Shown: positions 1 through 11,560, counted from the stretch's first letter. The stretch: 64,000 nucleotides of DNA from Eledone cirrhosa (GCA_964016885.1 OZ024753.1:27714001-27778000), one strand, 5' to 3'. Notes: a model not told the origin generated them from the letters alone. Translations and numbers: made by a program.

Positions 1-38
1 TGAGAGAGGTGAGTGGTAGAATCATTAGAACCCCATAC

Positions 39-198
39 CAGACCTGTGAACTCTCCCCGTCCTACGGGGATATCTCCCACCCACTTTAGGGTGGGTGAGA
101 GATGTCTTCTCTTGTGAAAATGGGGATAGCTCTCATTATGTAAAATCTCCCCATTTTGCCTCATTTCTCCCGGTTTGGGTTTTTAGAGGTTGGCAGCA
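39..198. mobile_element. MITE family B (CAGACCTG termini)
   Basis: cagacctgtgaac...aggttggcag; related to the inverted copies at 3453-3603 and 6183-6374. Confidence 0.65.
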
Positions 199-334
199 TT
201 TAATTACATATTTTACATCCAAACGCCAAATACAACCAGACTTAATAAAATAAGAACCAATAAAATAATAGAGGCCAATTCAATTTATAACGCTAGATAC
301 CGGATGGTTATATTTCTGCTCAGTGAGGCTAAAT

Positions 335-500
335 AATTGCTTCTACTTTTGGCATTACTGGTGCTTTATTTTATCGACCCCCGTAAAGATGAAAAGTAAA
401 GCTAACCTCGGCGGGATTTGAACTCAGAACGCAAAGGGCCATAACTCTATACTGCAAAGCATGGTGTCTGATGCTCTACCGATTCTGCCAATCCACCGCC
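335..500 (-). mobile_element. SINE family 1
   Basis: A and B boxes plus the same body as 25197-25380. Confidence 0.85.
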
Positions 501-601
501 CACATGGTAGGCTAAACAATAGTAAAACCATTGGCACAAATTTTTTGTTAGAAAATATTATTTTATTATTTTATTTTTTTTACTTCTTTCTCATTTTGAA
601 G

Positions 602-805
602 ATTAAACCTAAAGGAAACGTAGAATGGACTGAAGACGGTGTAAAAGTAGTAGCGACTTTCCTTCACGGACATTTGGCTGCGAGAAAGCTTAGACTTCAT
701 CATTATCGCGATGGTAAAAAGCTTGATGATATCAGTTATGATGATAATTATGATTTCAACTATCAAAAAATGAGGCCCTTAAAGAAGGAACTTACGTTTT
801 TAAAG
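602..805 (+). CDS. MOXD1: DBH-like (MOXD1-like) copper monooxygenase, internal exon (Cu2_monooxygenase C-terminal domain)
   Basis: ttttgaag|ATT...AAG|gtaag, 204 nt, phase 0. IKPKGNVEWTEDGVKVVATFLHGHLAARKLRLHHYRDG...DDNYDFNYQ carries the HxH copper ligands and the YDFNYQ motif of the DBH/MOXD1/TBH family. The exact paralog is uncertain. Confidence 0.88.
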
Positions 806-937
806 GTAAGAAATATGCGTCGAACCCTCCTCCATTTCCTACAAGCCCGAACCTAATATAATTGTGTATTTTTGCATCCCTGTGTTTGCTTTGTTTCTTT
901 TATCAACTATATGTATATATATATATATTAATTTCAG

Positions 938-997
938 AATGACATCATAAACCTAGAATGCATTTATGACACTACAGATAGGAAGAATTTTACATAT
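938..997 (+). CDS. MOXD1: DBH/MOXD1-like monooxygenase exon
   Basis: tttcag|AAT...TAT|gtaagt, 60 nt, NDIINLECIYDTTDRKNFTY; matches the family (G)D.L..EC.Y.T..R...T segment. Confidence 0.88.
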
Positions 998-1059
998 GTA
1001 AGTAGTATTTATTTTTGAAAATATTGTTGTTGTTTTTTTTACCAGATTTACTTTAGGAT

Positions 1060-2668
1060 ATCATCATCATCATCATCATCGTCATCGTTTAACGTCCCTG
1101 TTCCACGCTTGCATGGGTTTGGACGGGGGTTTTCCCACTTGAGGCAAGAGTGGTTGTCTTGCTCTCATAGGACTGTCTGGCGGGTTTTCTACAGCTGAAT
1201 GCCCTTCCTAACACCAACCACATTTACAGTGTGGGGCTGGGAGGTTTTTACCGTGTTGCCTACACGGCCACATTACAGCATGGACTGTCTGGCGTGTTTT
1301 CTACAGCTGGATGCCCTTCCTAACACCAACCACATTTACAGTGTGGGACTGGGAGGTTTTTACCGTGTTGCCTACACGGTCACATTACAGCGTGGACTGT
1401 GTATTTTTTTGTCGTGACACCTACACGATCTCGTTTGTTTCGGCCTGGATGTTGTGGCACCAACATAACTTTGCATTGAAGGGGGCGGTGTGGATGGGGT
1501 GGGACGGGGGTGTATTTTGTTAGAGATGCCTACTGACTAGTAGGTTTTACTTTGTATTTAGGTAAGGCGGGTCTTCTCTGTTACTGAGTACCGCCAAAGG
1601 TCTCGGTCCAGTGACATTGTCTTGGAGAGGTGTAAGTGTGTGAGGTCGGAATTTATCAGCTCGTCCCAGGTTTTCCTGGGTCTGCCTACTCCGTGGCTAC
1701 CATCTATCTTTATTGCCCTGCACTTTGTTATACAGCTGTCGTCTTTCATGCGCATCACGTGACCATACCAACGTAGCCTTCTCTCGAGTAAACAACATCT
1801 GATCCCTCTTATTTCTAATTTTTTCCTTAGTTCGTTTATGCTTTGCGGTTCACGTATATTACTATTACACATCCAGCGGAGCATGCAAGCTTCGTTCCTC
1901 TCTAGTCTGCGTATATCCTCTGCACACAATGCCCAGGTCTCACTGCCATGCAACATTGCTGTTCGTATGCAGGCATCATACAACCTGCCTTTCATTTTTA
2001 GGGAGAACCCTTTAGCGGCTAATAGTGGTATAAGCTCTCTGAACTTTTTCCATCCAGTTCTGACTCTAGCTACTGTACTTTCAGAGCACCCTCCTCCACT
2101 GCTGATTTTGTCACCCAGGTAACGGAAGCTGTCCACTATTTCTATAGAACCCTCTGCGCAGTTGAATGAGCTAGTATTTTGTGGGCACTTGCTGCTACTT
2201 ATTGCACCAGAGCACCGGCCACATGTAAAATCTGTGTTCTTAGTTAGCTTACCTGTGATCCCATTACATCTTTTATGCACCCATACTTTGCATTTGGGAC
2301 ATAAAATGGAGTTTCTACCTACGCCTTTCCTAAACACTGAGCATGGCCATTTCCCGGAGGGGACCGGCGCCTTATTTTCTTTCCTACAAACTAGAACTTT
2401 AGTCTTAGCCAGGTTAATTTTAAGGCCTTTTGATTCTAGGCCGTGCTTCCATGTTTGGAATTTCTTCTCTAGCTCGGCCATTGATTCAGCTATGGGCGTT
2501 AGATTATCTGCGTATAGGAGTTCCCATGGGCAGCCGGTCTTGAACTCCTCTGTTATAGCCTGAAGGGCAATAATAAATAGTAGGGGGCTAAGAACAGAGC
2601 CCTGATCGACACCAACTTTTACGCTAAACTCTTCACTATATTCGTTGTTAATTCTAACCTGACTGTTT
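1060..2668 (-). mobile_element. 5'-truncated RTE-clade LINE (RT C-terminal half, 3' UTR, (GAT)n tail)
   Basis: Frame reads GVDQGSVLSPLLF...LLYADNL (YADD changed to YADN), GLKINLAKTKV, FRYLG, LHGSETW, RRLRWYGHV, GRPRKTW. The 3' UTR has a ~112-bp tandem duplication (about 1169-1400) and ends in (GAT)n. Confidence 0.92.
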
Positions 2669-2679
2669 CTTTATACATA

Positions 2680-3105
2680 TTTTTTCCTTTTTTTTTTTTA
2701 AGTCATTTTTATTGTACATAAACATATGTCAACCATTTTTACAGACAGAAGTTATACAATGATGGAAATATATAAAAAAGATAAAAACAAAATTAAATAA
2801 TGAATAAAGTGTGACGAGATAAAGAAGAGCAGATCTTGCTGATTAGGAAAGTAAAGGAAAGACTATAAATACCTTAAAGGAGTAGAAAAGGGGGGAAAGA
2901 GCAAAGATTATTAAGCAACGGGAGAGAGAAAAGGGGAAGGGGAGAAGGTGGCAGACTCTACATCTAGGTCAGAGTGGTATTTCGGCTGCGCCCCGCAGAC
3001 AAAACTGAAAAGGCATTTCCGGGGACGATGGCCAACGACAACCGCTGCAACAGCCACCCTATCTCGCGGGGCTCCTTCCTCAGTCGGGCTGCTGACATTC
3101 CAATT
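2680..3105 (-). mobile_element. 3' UTR fragment of a poly(A)-tailed LINE (L1/Tx1-like) carrying the conserved GC-rich motif
   Basis: On - ends in AATAAA...A-tail at about 2715-2680; the GC-rich head recurs at 14880-15070, 51150-51330 and 63770-63850. Clade assignment is an inference. Confidence 0.55.
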
Positions 3106-3452
3106 TTGATTATAGTTATTCAGTAGAATATGAAACAAAGTATTTTAAATCAACAGTATTCAAACTGTTATTAATCTTCGCCGACAAAGTCAATCTAAAT
3201 ATTATTTGAACAATTCATTAAGTTACGAGGATGATTAAAAAATATTACGATAGCAACATAGCGACGAGTAACGACCTAGTATCATAAAAAATGTTGTGGT
3301 GTTATCTGAGAGAAATTTAGCAGCTTCTTCTAACAGGTCAAGGGACTAAGTTAAATTAAGTAATTTTAGTTGTTGTTTAGAATTAGTCTATAACTGACTG
3401 AGCAGACCTATCTGTAAATATATCCCAGTCGAGTTTATTCTATCGGACAGTT

Positions 3453-3603
3453 TCTGACCTAACTTCTAAAAACCCAAACGGAGCAAAATGGGGAGATTTT
3501 ACATAATGAAAGCTATGACCATTTTCACAAGAGAAAACATATCTCACCCACCCCAAATCCTATTGCAAATGTCCCAGTCGGACGGGGAAAGTTGACAGGT
3601 CTG
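3453..3603. mobile_element. MITE family B
   Basis: Reverse-complement match to 39-198; ends gttgacaggtctg. Confidence 0.65.
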
Positions 3604-3986
3604 TAGCTTATCAAGAATAATTTTATCCAATGTATCCTTTTGTTTGTAAGACAATAATATGACATTTTCAGTCAATGGAAATCTATATCTACAAGATTCA
3701 ATGTTTCCTTCTCTTCTGGTGATTAGGGGGAAACGAATATTATCTGTAGTATTTCAAATCTTTCCATTATTTATCAAATCTTCGAAACAAAATGATTGTT
3801 GATTTTGAGACGAGAAAAATAAATTGAAAACTTGGGAATAGTTTCAACACAATTTGTAGAAAATTTCTGACGAATATCTCAAAGAGAAAGGTTGTAATGT
3901 GATATCTGTAAATTTGTTAATGTATAGCGATATTTGCATGTGAATTTCTTAACTAATTATTAAATATATCGTACTTTGCTTTATAG

Positions 3987-4105
3987 GGTGGCTTGAGCAC
4001 TATGGACGAAATGTGTTTGGCTTATCTTATTTACTATCCTCGAATTGAACTAACAAATTGTGTGAGCTACGTAGAATATGACATAAACACAATGATTAAA
4101 TCAAT
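3987..4105 (+). CDS. MOXD1: DBH/MOXD1-like monooxygenase exon with the CuM methionine
   Basis: ttatag|GGLSTMDEMCLAYLIYYPRIELTNCVSYVEYDINTMIKS; GG.ST..EMC....YYP motif. The donor (at|gtatat, phase 2) is weak, so the 3' end is uncertain. Confidence 0.85.
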
Positions 4106-4139
4106 GTATATTTTAATAAATAAATATATATATATATAT

Positions 4140-4414
4140 ATTAGTAAGAGGAATTCAAACTTTGTCTGATTTACTCGTTTTATTTACAATCCTTTAAAAT
4201 TTATAATGGTATTATAATGAAATAGTATGATTCCAAACTTGACTGTCACCACATATTATGAACTTGAAGATTGCGAAAGCATGAAAGTACTTGTTCAATT
4301 AACACTTAGAATTTAATATTCTATCATACTATTTCATTATAATACCATTATAAATTTTAAAGGATTGTAAATAAAACGAGTAAATCAGACAAAGTTGGAA
4401 TTCCTCTTATTAAT
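4140..4414. repeat. Inverted repeat, ~92-bp arms and ~91-bp spacer
   Basis: 4140-4231 is the reverse complement of 4323-4414 with about 2 mismatches; (TA)n on the left. Confidence 0.92.
4259..4297 (+). ncRNA. Minimal hammerhead (U3 variant) in the loop of a long inverted repeat
   Basis: TGAAC TTGAAGA T-TGC gaaa GCA-T GAA AGTACT T GTTCA. Confidence 0.65.
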
Positions 4415-4602
4415 ATAATCTTCTATACACAATCATACACACCCATGTATATTTATCTATATATATATATATATATATATATGAGCTACGTAGAATATGA
4501 CAAAAACACAATCGGGTATGATTAAATCAATGTATATTTTAATAAATATATATATATATATATAAAATTAAAAACATTTAGAAGACCATACGCTATCAGT
4601 TT

Positions 4603-4678
4603 TATCCAGGAAGAAGATCTTAACGGTTCATGCTTTTTCCAGGAAAAACTTGAGCCGTTAAGATCTTCTTCCTGGATA
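4603..4678. repeat. 28-bp-arm hairpin followed by sequence related to the 22-kb palindrome arm
   Basis: tatccaggaagaagatcttaacggttca / tgagccgttaagatcttcttcctggata; 4677-4795 matches 22424-22555. Confidence 0.85.
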
Positions 4679-4913
4679 TGTCAATATTTATAAAACAAAC
4701 TTTGTATTTTATCTCATGAGAGCGTACCAAAGTTTTGGTACCCTTCAAATATATATAATAGAATAAATATGGTTTTATAAATATAGTTTCCATTTATTTA
4801 ATATCATTGAATATTATACTCCAGAAAACTTGTTGAGTGCTTCAAATCAGTTATAAACATGTGTATTTGTTGAATTACCAACAAATTAAATATCCCTTTT
4901 GCTTATATATACA

Positions 4914-4959
<46 letters not shown>

Positions 4960-5031
4960 CATATATATATATATACACACACATATATTTATCAAATATA
5001 TATATATATATACAAATATATATATATATAT

Positions 5032-5076
<45 letters not shown>

Positions 5077-5202
5077 AACATATATATACAAATATATATA
5101 TACATATATATATATATATACAATAAATATATATATATACAAATATATATATATATATATATAGAATTCACAAGAATCAAAGCTATGTTCAAAGCATTTA
5201 TT

Positions 5203-5249
5203 CACTTACAATTGTTTCATCCAAACCTAGGCTTGGAGTCTTCGGAGCA
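5203..5249 (-). ncRNA. Minimal hammerhead, degenerate core (CCGAAGA)
   Basis: tgct CCGAAGA c TCCAAGC ctag GTTTGGA t GAA ACAATTGT A agtg, then AATAAA. Confidence 0.6.
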
Positions 5250-5515
5250 TTTTTCAATGTTTGTACACATAATTGACCTCCTTTCCAACACAAGAGACAT
5301 ACAGATACATATGTATACATAACTGCTCTGTAGAACAACTGATGTTATTTCATTGAGCTATTTATCTTACTGGTAATAAGGTAGTAATAAATTACTGACT
5401 TCACTGATTAGGGTTTAAAATATATATAACTATAAAAAGTTTTAGTATATATATAACTATAAATAGTATCCTTAATATTATATATATATATATATTGAAA
5501 CATATATATATACAA

Positions 5516-5551
<36 letters not shown>

Positions 5552-5729
5552 ACAAGGAAATCTAAGAGTTATTTAGCTGCTACTTTTTGCAGATTAAATG
5601 ACTACACAAGGGCTTCCTAGGTGCCTCGCAACGTAAATAAAAAGCTCAAATTATTTGCATTCGTATACTGAATTAATAGCGATTTAATTATATATGAATA
5701 AAATGATTAATTATCATTTTATATTTCAG

Positions 5730-5844
5730 GAAAGACCCATTGCTATATAAGTATAACCAAGATTCTATTAAAAAAATGGAAATATTAGTGAACGGTTTTG
5801 ATCCTAATATTGGTTTTACTCAAGTGTGCCATAATACTTCCAGT
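5730..5844 (+). CDS. MOXD1: DBH/MOXD1-like monooxygenase C-terminal exon
   Basis: tttcag|g AAA...AGT|gtgagt; phase-2 start fits the previous exon; open frame KDPLLYKYNQDSIKKMEILVNGFDPNIGFTQVCHNTSS. Confidence 0.7.
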
Positions 5845-6182
5845 GTGAGTTTTTTTTATTGTTGCAATTCTCTATTTGTTTTGTATATGATAATTTAACG
5901 TTTGCCAATAAACACTAACTTTTTATGTGTTACTGCTTCTAACGGTGCTAACCCTCTCTGAAACTTCTTAATAATTTAGCAGAGATTTTCATGTTTTAGC
6001 TAGAGTAGGAAAAGTGAGATACATGGCCGTTCTCTGGCCCCCAGAGGAAGGAAGAGGCCCAAACTCATATTTTCCTGTAGTAGGAAGTGATGCATGAGGT
6101 TATCAATTTATCATCTGACAGAAAACCAGATCAGAATGACTTCAACAAATTGAACTCTAGTAAAACATCCAGGGGCCAGGTG

Positions 6183-6374
6183 CAGACCTGCCAACCTACA
6201 AAAACCCCAGAGTGTACCATGAAAAAACGTGACCCAAAACAGGGAGAAATGAGGCAAGATGTCGAGATTTTACGTAATGAAAGCTATACTCTCCTAAAAA
6301 AAGCTAGACATCTCTCACCCACCTTAAAGTGGATGGGAGATCTTCCCGTCGGACAGGAAGTATTGAGAGGTCTG
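6183..6374. mobile_element. MITE family B
   Basis: TIR cagacctgccaac / ttgagaggtctg; internal match to the other two copies. Confidence 0.68.
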
Positions 6375-7638
6375 CAGGTGTTGGTGCTAAACCCAATGAT
6401 TTGGTTCACCATCCTAGAACATGTACAAACCCATAGACTTCCGAAAATGTATGCACAGGTTGGAATGGCCTGAAGCTATTATAGAATACAGTTGCCCAAC
6501 GTGTCGCGGAATATGATCGAACCTGGAAACACACGAGTGTAAAGTTAACTTTTTAACAAAACAGCTCAGCACTGGTGACGGAATACGAATCTCCAGCCAT
6601 CTACTTGTCGGTTGAGATATCTGCAACTTAAGGAAAGTATCTATATTCATGCATCTTGCTGCAAATGGTCAAGAACCAAATTTAAGTACACGACATGCTG
6701 AATCTACAATTCCACTCATAGCCTCAGATGAAGGCATTCTACTTCATATGAAACAACTTACTAACTTGATATCATTGATAAAATATTAACGTCGCCGAAC
6801 ATCCTTTACATATCTAGACCAATATTTAAGCAAATAATTGACTTGTGTAAAAGGGAAAATAATTGCGTAGCGTCTTCATGCTTTTCTCTAAGGAAACTTT
6901 CATCACAAGTGAAATGGTTTTAGCTGATAATCTAGAATGCACCATGCTCTCGACTCGCTAGATATTTACCAAATATTCTGTAGGATACTTGACATTTATC
7001 AATTGTTAAACACAATGAAATACTTTTATTCATATATCCATAATTTCTGTTAACATCAATTGTACGAATTTCACTCAGCCAGTGCTTTCCTGCCTTAAAT
7101 GTTTATTTGTCTCCTTTTTATAAAAAAGCATAACTTGCTATATTTGAAATTACTCTAACTTTTTATCAAAATAACTTAAGTTGGAAAGACTTTAAATGTT
7201 TACTGATTCAGTTATCAAATAGGCATGCATCAATTTCCTCAAAGATATTACAACATAAATTATGCAAGACATCTATAATGGAGATCTAGACCTGATCGTG
7301 GACACTCCTCATAAAAAAGTTGAGATTTTCCACATTTCAATATAAAACAACCAAACAAAATTTACTGATGTGTTGGGTTTCCTTCTTACTAAACATTAAA
7401 AAAATTTTTTTAAAGTCTTTCAGTATAGTTTTGTTTTTGAAATCAGCATTAGCTTTCAGTTATTATTCCCATAAAAATATGTTGTAGTCACCTATTTTAA
7501 ATTAGAGAGAATCCTAAGTAAGAGTTACTAAAAAACATAGTTAGGTGTCTAGTATTATTTAAAACATGGTGATGAATATATAACTTTAAAATATGTTCGA
7601 TTTTTCAAAACATAACCCTTGATATACTGTCTTTGTAG

Positions 7639-7716
7639 TCTGAAGTAATGCAAAGTCGGCAGCTCAATTTTCTTAAAGTTGATGATACTACAACAGTTTC
7701 TCCAACAACCGAAAAG
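7639..7716 (+). CDS. MOXD1: DBH/MOXD1-like monooxygenase C-terminal exon (Thr-rich stalk)
   Basis: ctttgtag|TCT...AAG|gtaaat, 78 nt, phase 0/0, SEVMQSRQLNFLKVDDTTTVSPTTEK. Confidence 0.55.
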
Positions 7717-8057
7717 GTAAATATTAATGTTTTGACAATAATATGGTTTGTATAGTGTTCTTCTTCACAAGGGCCCAAGACATCGGGGACAATACAAGAA
7801 CGAAAAACAACACAGAGTTGGGGTTTCCATCGAGTAAAGGAAAGGGGACATCAGCAAAAGGAAAACAGTAGATAATAACTATAATTGTAATAAATAGTCA
7901 TGATAAAATTACAAAACAATAATACGAACAGTGTTCTAGTAGGTGGGAACTATACTTTAGGGTAATTCCAGGAAAAAAAGGCCACAAAATCCTGTATTAC
8001 TCTGTCAGCTCACGGGTATTAAAAGTGCCCTCTACTGATTTCTTCCTTCCTGCTTAG

Positions 8058-8132
8058 AAAAACATAGTCAAAGTAAACCTATTCAACCTCGTCAATCTCG
8101 TCGTTCTTACATATCGTACATTTAAAAAATAA
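8058..8132 (+). CDS. Possible terminal exon of the monooxygenase gene
   Basis: Pyrimidine tract ttcttccttcctgcttag| then phase-0 KNIVKVNLFNLVNLVVLTYRTFKK*; AATAAA near 8388. No homology support. Confidence 0.3.
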   Translation, partial: KNIVKVNLFNLVNLVVLTYRTFKK

Positions 8133-8679
8133 CGCCAAAAAGGCAGTGTCTTCCTCTCTACTGTCACTATCGTCTTCAGCTGGTACTTAACGAAGTTGTT
8201 GAGGTCCTGGCCGAAAATTTAACACATTTGAACACAAGTTTACTTACAACAACAAGATCAAAATTCAGGCCATGCAGATTTCAATGGCTTAGCCACAGAC
8301 AATACAGATGTGATGGAATATTAACTGTAGACATGTCATGATTCAGTAAATTGTAACCCACTCCCACAATATCTTATTACAAAAAAAAATAAATCAAATG
8401 TGATTAGTTGGCGAAAGTTCAGGACAATGCTAAAGATAGTAGTTTGTACTATTAGTAGTCATTCTTTGTCTACTACTTTAGTGATTATAATAATAATAAT
8501 GAAATTATCTTTGTTGTTATTATTGTTGTTTTTGTTTTAATTTCCTCTCAGTAAAGTTGTAAGAAAATATAACTAAAATTGTTAATAATTTTAAAACCAT
8601 ACAGTTAAAAATTAGGAATAAAGATTAAATGATGATGATGATGATGATGCTTTTGTTATTACTTTGCAAACATTTAATT

Positions 8680-8835
8680 ACAGCCCTTTACATTCTGAGT
8701 TCACGTCCTGTTATGGTCAACTTTGCCTTTCATCCTTCCAGCGTTGATAAAATATGGTACCAGTCATATACTGGGTTGATATAATCAAGTTTCCTCTCCC
8801 TACAAATTGTTTGCCTTGAACCTAAATTAGAAATG
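8680..8835 (+). mobile_element. SINE family 1, old and truncated
   Basis: ctgagttca...ctttgcctttcatcctt...gataaaata. Confidence 0.7.
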
Positions 8836-9103
8836 TTGATTCTCATCATTATGATGTTATTGTTATTGATCTTGTCCAACACATTCCAGTATGGAAGGTA
8901 CACAACGCACACTTTCTCTCCCACAGTGGTATAGCTCCCACCACTCCCATCAATGTCTCCACAGTCCTGGCGCCACAACAATACCATTTTTATCTATATT
9001 TATAGAATATCTTTATTTGAGCAGAAAAAGTGTGTAGTTTCAGAAATCATCTGAGCATTATCAAGAGATGGGTTTGAGTTCATAAAACTATACAATGAAG
9101 CTT

Positions 9104-9270
9104 CTACCACCACCTTTCAATATGAATTCGATCCAAGTCAACTTCCAAATCAATCAATATATTCTCCATGTCATCAATTAAGCTGACAGGACCACAAATG
9201 TATACTTGGCATTTTTTTTTAGCAATCAATTTGAATGCTTCTTTGAGATCAGCAGAAGTTATTCGATGAG
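9104..9270 (-). CDS. OXNAD1: OXNAD1 last coding exon
   Basis: ttttctag|(A)HRITSADL...YICGPVSLIDDM...RIHIERWW*; YICGP and the terminal E(K/R)WW are typical of OXNAD1. AATAAA on - at 9012-9017. Confidence 0.93.
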
Positions 9271-10774
9271 CTAGAAAAAAAGAAGATAAAAGAATAAAAG
9301 TTGAGGGAAGCAACTCATAAAATTCTTCATGAAATTCACTATATTTTGTAATGTTACAATAAAGTAGCCTCTCTTTAATGTCTGACGTTAGCATGTCTCA
9401 CTGGCATGAAAACATTTTTGTCTATAATTTATACCAGCAGTTGCCAACTGGTGGTCTGCCACTGGTAGTCTGAAAGAAAATTTTGGTGGTCCACAAAAAT
9501 GTTGACATTATTTGCAATTTTTATGTTTTATTAATAAATTAAAACAAAAATAATATTCGGTTACAATATATTTTATAACACCCCTTAAAAAATGGTTTAA
9601 TAGGTGCATTTCATATTAAGAAAATGCAAGTTCTCTGATCATTATTTTACCAAATTTAAGGGTCTGTGAGGTCTGAAAGGTAACCCATGCAGGATACAGA
9701 GATAATTCTGGGAAAAAGATGAATAGAATTGGAAAACCATGATATTTATTTATTTAATCAATTTAAACGTCCGTATAGAGCTAGTAAGCCATGACAGACT
9801 AAGGGAAGTATCGAGTACTCCTTAATCAAAAAGATCTTGTGAGACAAGTAATAATTAAAATAAAATAAAATAAAATAAAATAAAATAAAATAAAAATTTC
9901 AAATATTGAAGGCTAATGGGAGGGAGATTATGGATAAGAAAATGAAAAGAAAAGAAAAATAGGAAACAAGGGATGTTGTAAAACAGCTAGAAGTTTCTGT
10001 TGTTGAATCTTTTCATAGCTTCCATGTACTCAAAGATTTTGTATAGAAAGAAATAGAAAAAAATGTAAAGTATTTTCACATACATAGAGATCAGACATAC
10101 AGATACTGACATACACATAAACATACATAAATGTAATACTCCATAGAGCATCTCATTTGAGCATTGTAGAGAGTGCGTAATAATACTTTAGCCTCTTGAA
10201 TAGAAAGTCCAGTCCTTGTGATTTGTTTTGATTATGTTGAGGATTATTTATTCTGTAAAAAGGATCATCAGTGATAGCAAGATTTAGCATTTGCAGTGAC
10301 TTTGAAGGTTCTAGCTGGGTTCTGTTTATGTATAGTGTGTGTATATGATAACGTTTTCTTGGTGGTGTGTATATGATAACGTTTTCTTGATGTGTATTTG
10401 TGTTGTTATAGGAGTCAAGATTGGCATGACCACATTGGAGAATGTTTTTACAGGTAATGCTTATGGAATCAGTGCAAATTTGACATGAAGGGAGTAGGTT
10501 GCAGAGAGTTAGGGAAGAATGAAGGTTGTAATCATCTGTGTCAGAGAAGATATTGTTGGAGATGAGGTCTTATATGTTGCTAATGTTGGGAAGAAGAGTG
10601 CAGGGAACAAAACTAAACATTCTAGGGTGCTCAGTTGATCAAGAATTGGCAATATAAGCACACTCCAGAATCAATCACACTCTTACACCAATACCAGAAA
10701 CTAAAAAACTAACTAAATAAATACATAAATAAATAAAATGTAGTAATGGTATTGAAAAAAAAAAACCAACTGAC

Positions 10775-10865
10775 CAGCAATATCTTCCACTTTGGACTCC
10801 TCTTGTGTCACAAAATATCGGCAATAAATGTTATTGTGTTTCTTCTGTAGCAAATCTAGGTTATC
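10775..10865 (-). CDS. OXNAD1: OXNAD1 coding exon 6
   Basis: ttctaccag|DNLDLLQKKHNNIYCRYFVTQEESKVEDIA g|gtcagt; phase 1 fits the last exon. Confidence 0.88.
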
Positions 10866-11514
10866 CTGGTAGAAAATAAAGAACAGCATTAAAAAGATGC
10901 CAAGCATAATGGTTGGTGCTAGAAAGTGCTAAACTCTTGTATGAATCAGTTATTAGTGCATCTGTGCAATGATTCAACCTGCTTAAAATTGCAATCAATT
11001 ACTCTTTAAATCACACACTATCATCAAACAACATATTAGATAAAATTAGTTTTAGATACATGTGAAAATATGAGTTAGTTATCATTGGAATACCTATGTT
11101 TAATCAATTTACCTGGGGCTAAACAACATCAAGACCATGATTCACATTTCTGTGACAATTATAATCACTGTCCCACCCCTTAAGACAAACAATAAAATGA
11201 AATGTGGAAGAATAACAATGAATCAGTGTAATAACTATTTTATTATTAATATTCCCTTATCCTTTCATGTATATAAATTACTACTACAGTAACGATGATA
11301 ATAACAAAAGATATCAGTGATGGTGATGAGAATAATTACTGGAGAGCAATGGTGGGAGGTGTGATGGTGAGGAATATAAGGAGTTGTGGGATCTTGAGGA
11401 AGCAGCTGTTGTCTGGGTTGGTCTGTTCTCTGGGTTTGGAGTTTCACTGTGGGGTGGGGAAGAAAGCTGGGTAACCAATGATCTCTAACACCCTGTGGAA
11501 CTATTTGATCTCTT

Positions 11515-11560
<46 letters not shown>

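Noticed and set aside
6400-7330. Coding-like decayed sequence on - (IIDVLHNL resembles the CACTA/Mirage DxMHN motif)
   Set aside because: Many stops and only one weak motif; cannot be assigned without an HMM search.
9030-9100. SECIS-like ATGAA...GAT and a CAGATGA...GAAAC motif in the OXNAD1 3' UTR
   Set aside because: No helix of suitable length, no in-frame TGA in the gene, and the hammerhead core and stems are incomplete.
9750-10700. Probable very old LINE remnant on - with a (TAAAA)n tract
   Set aside because: No diagnostic motif recoverable by eye.
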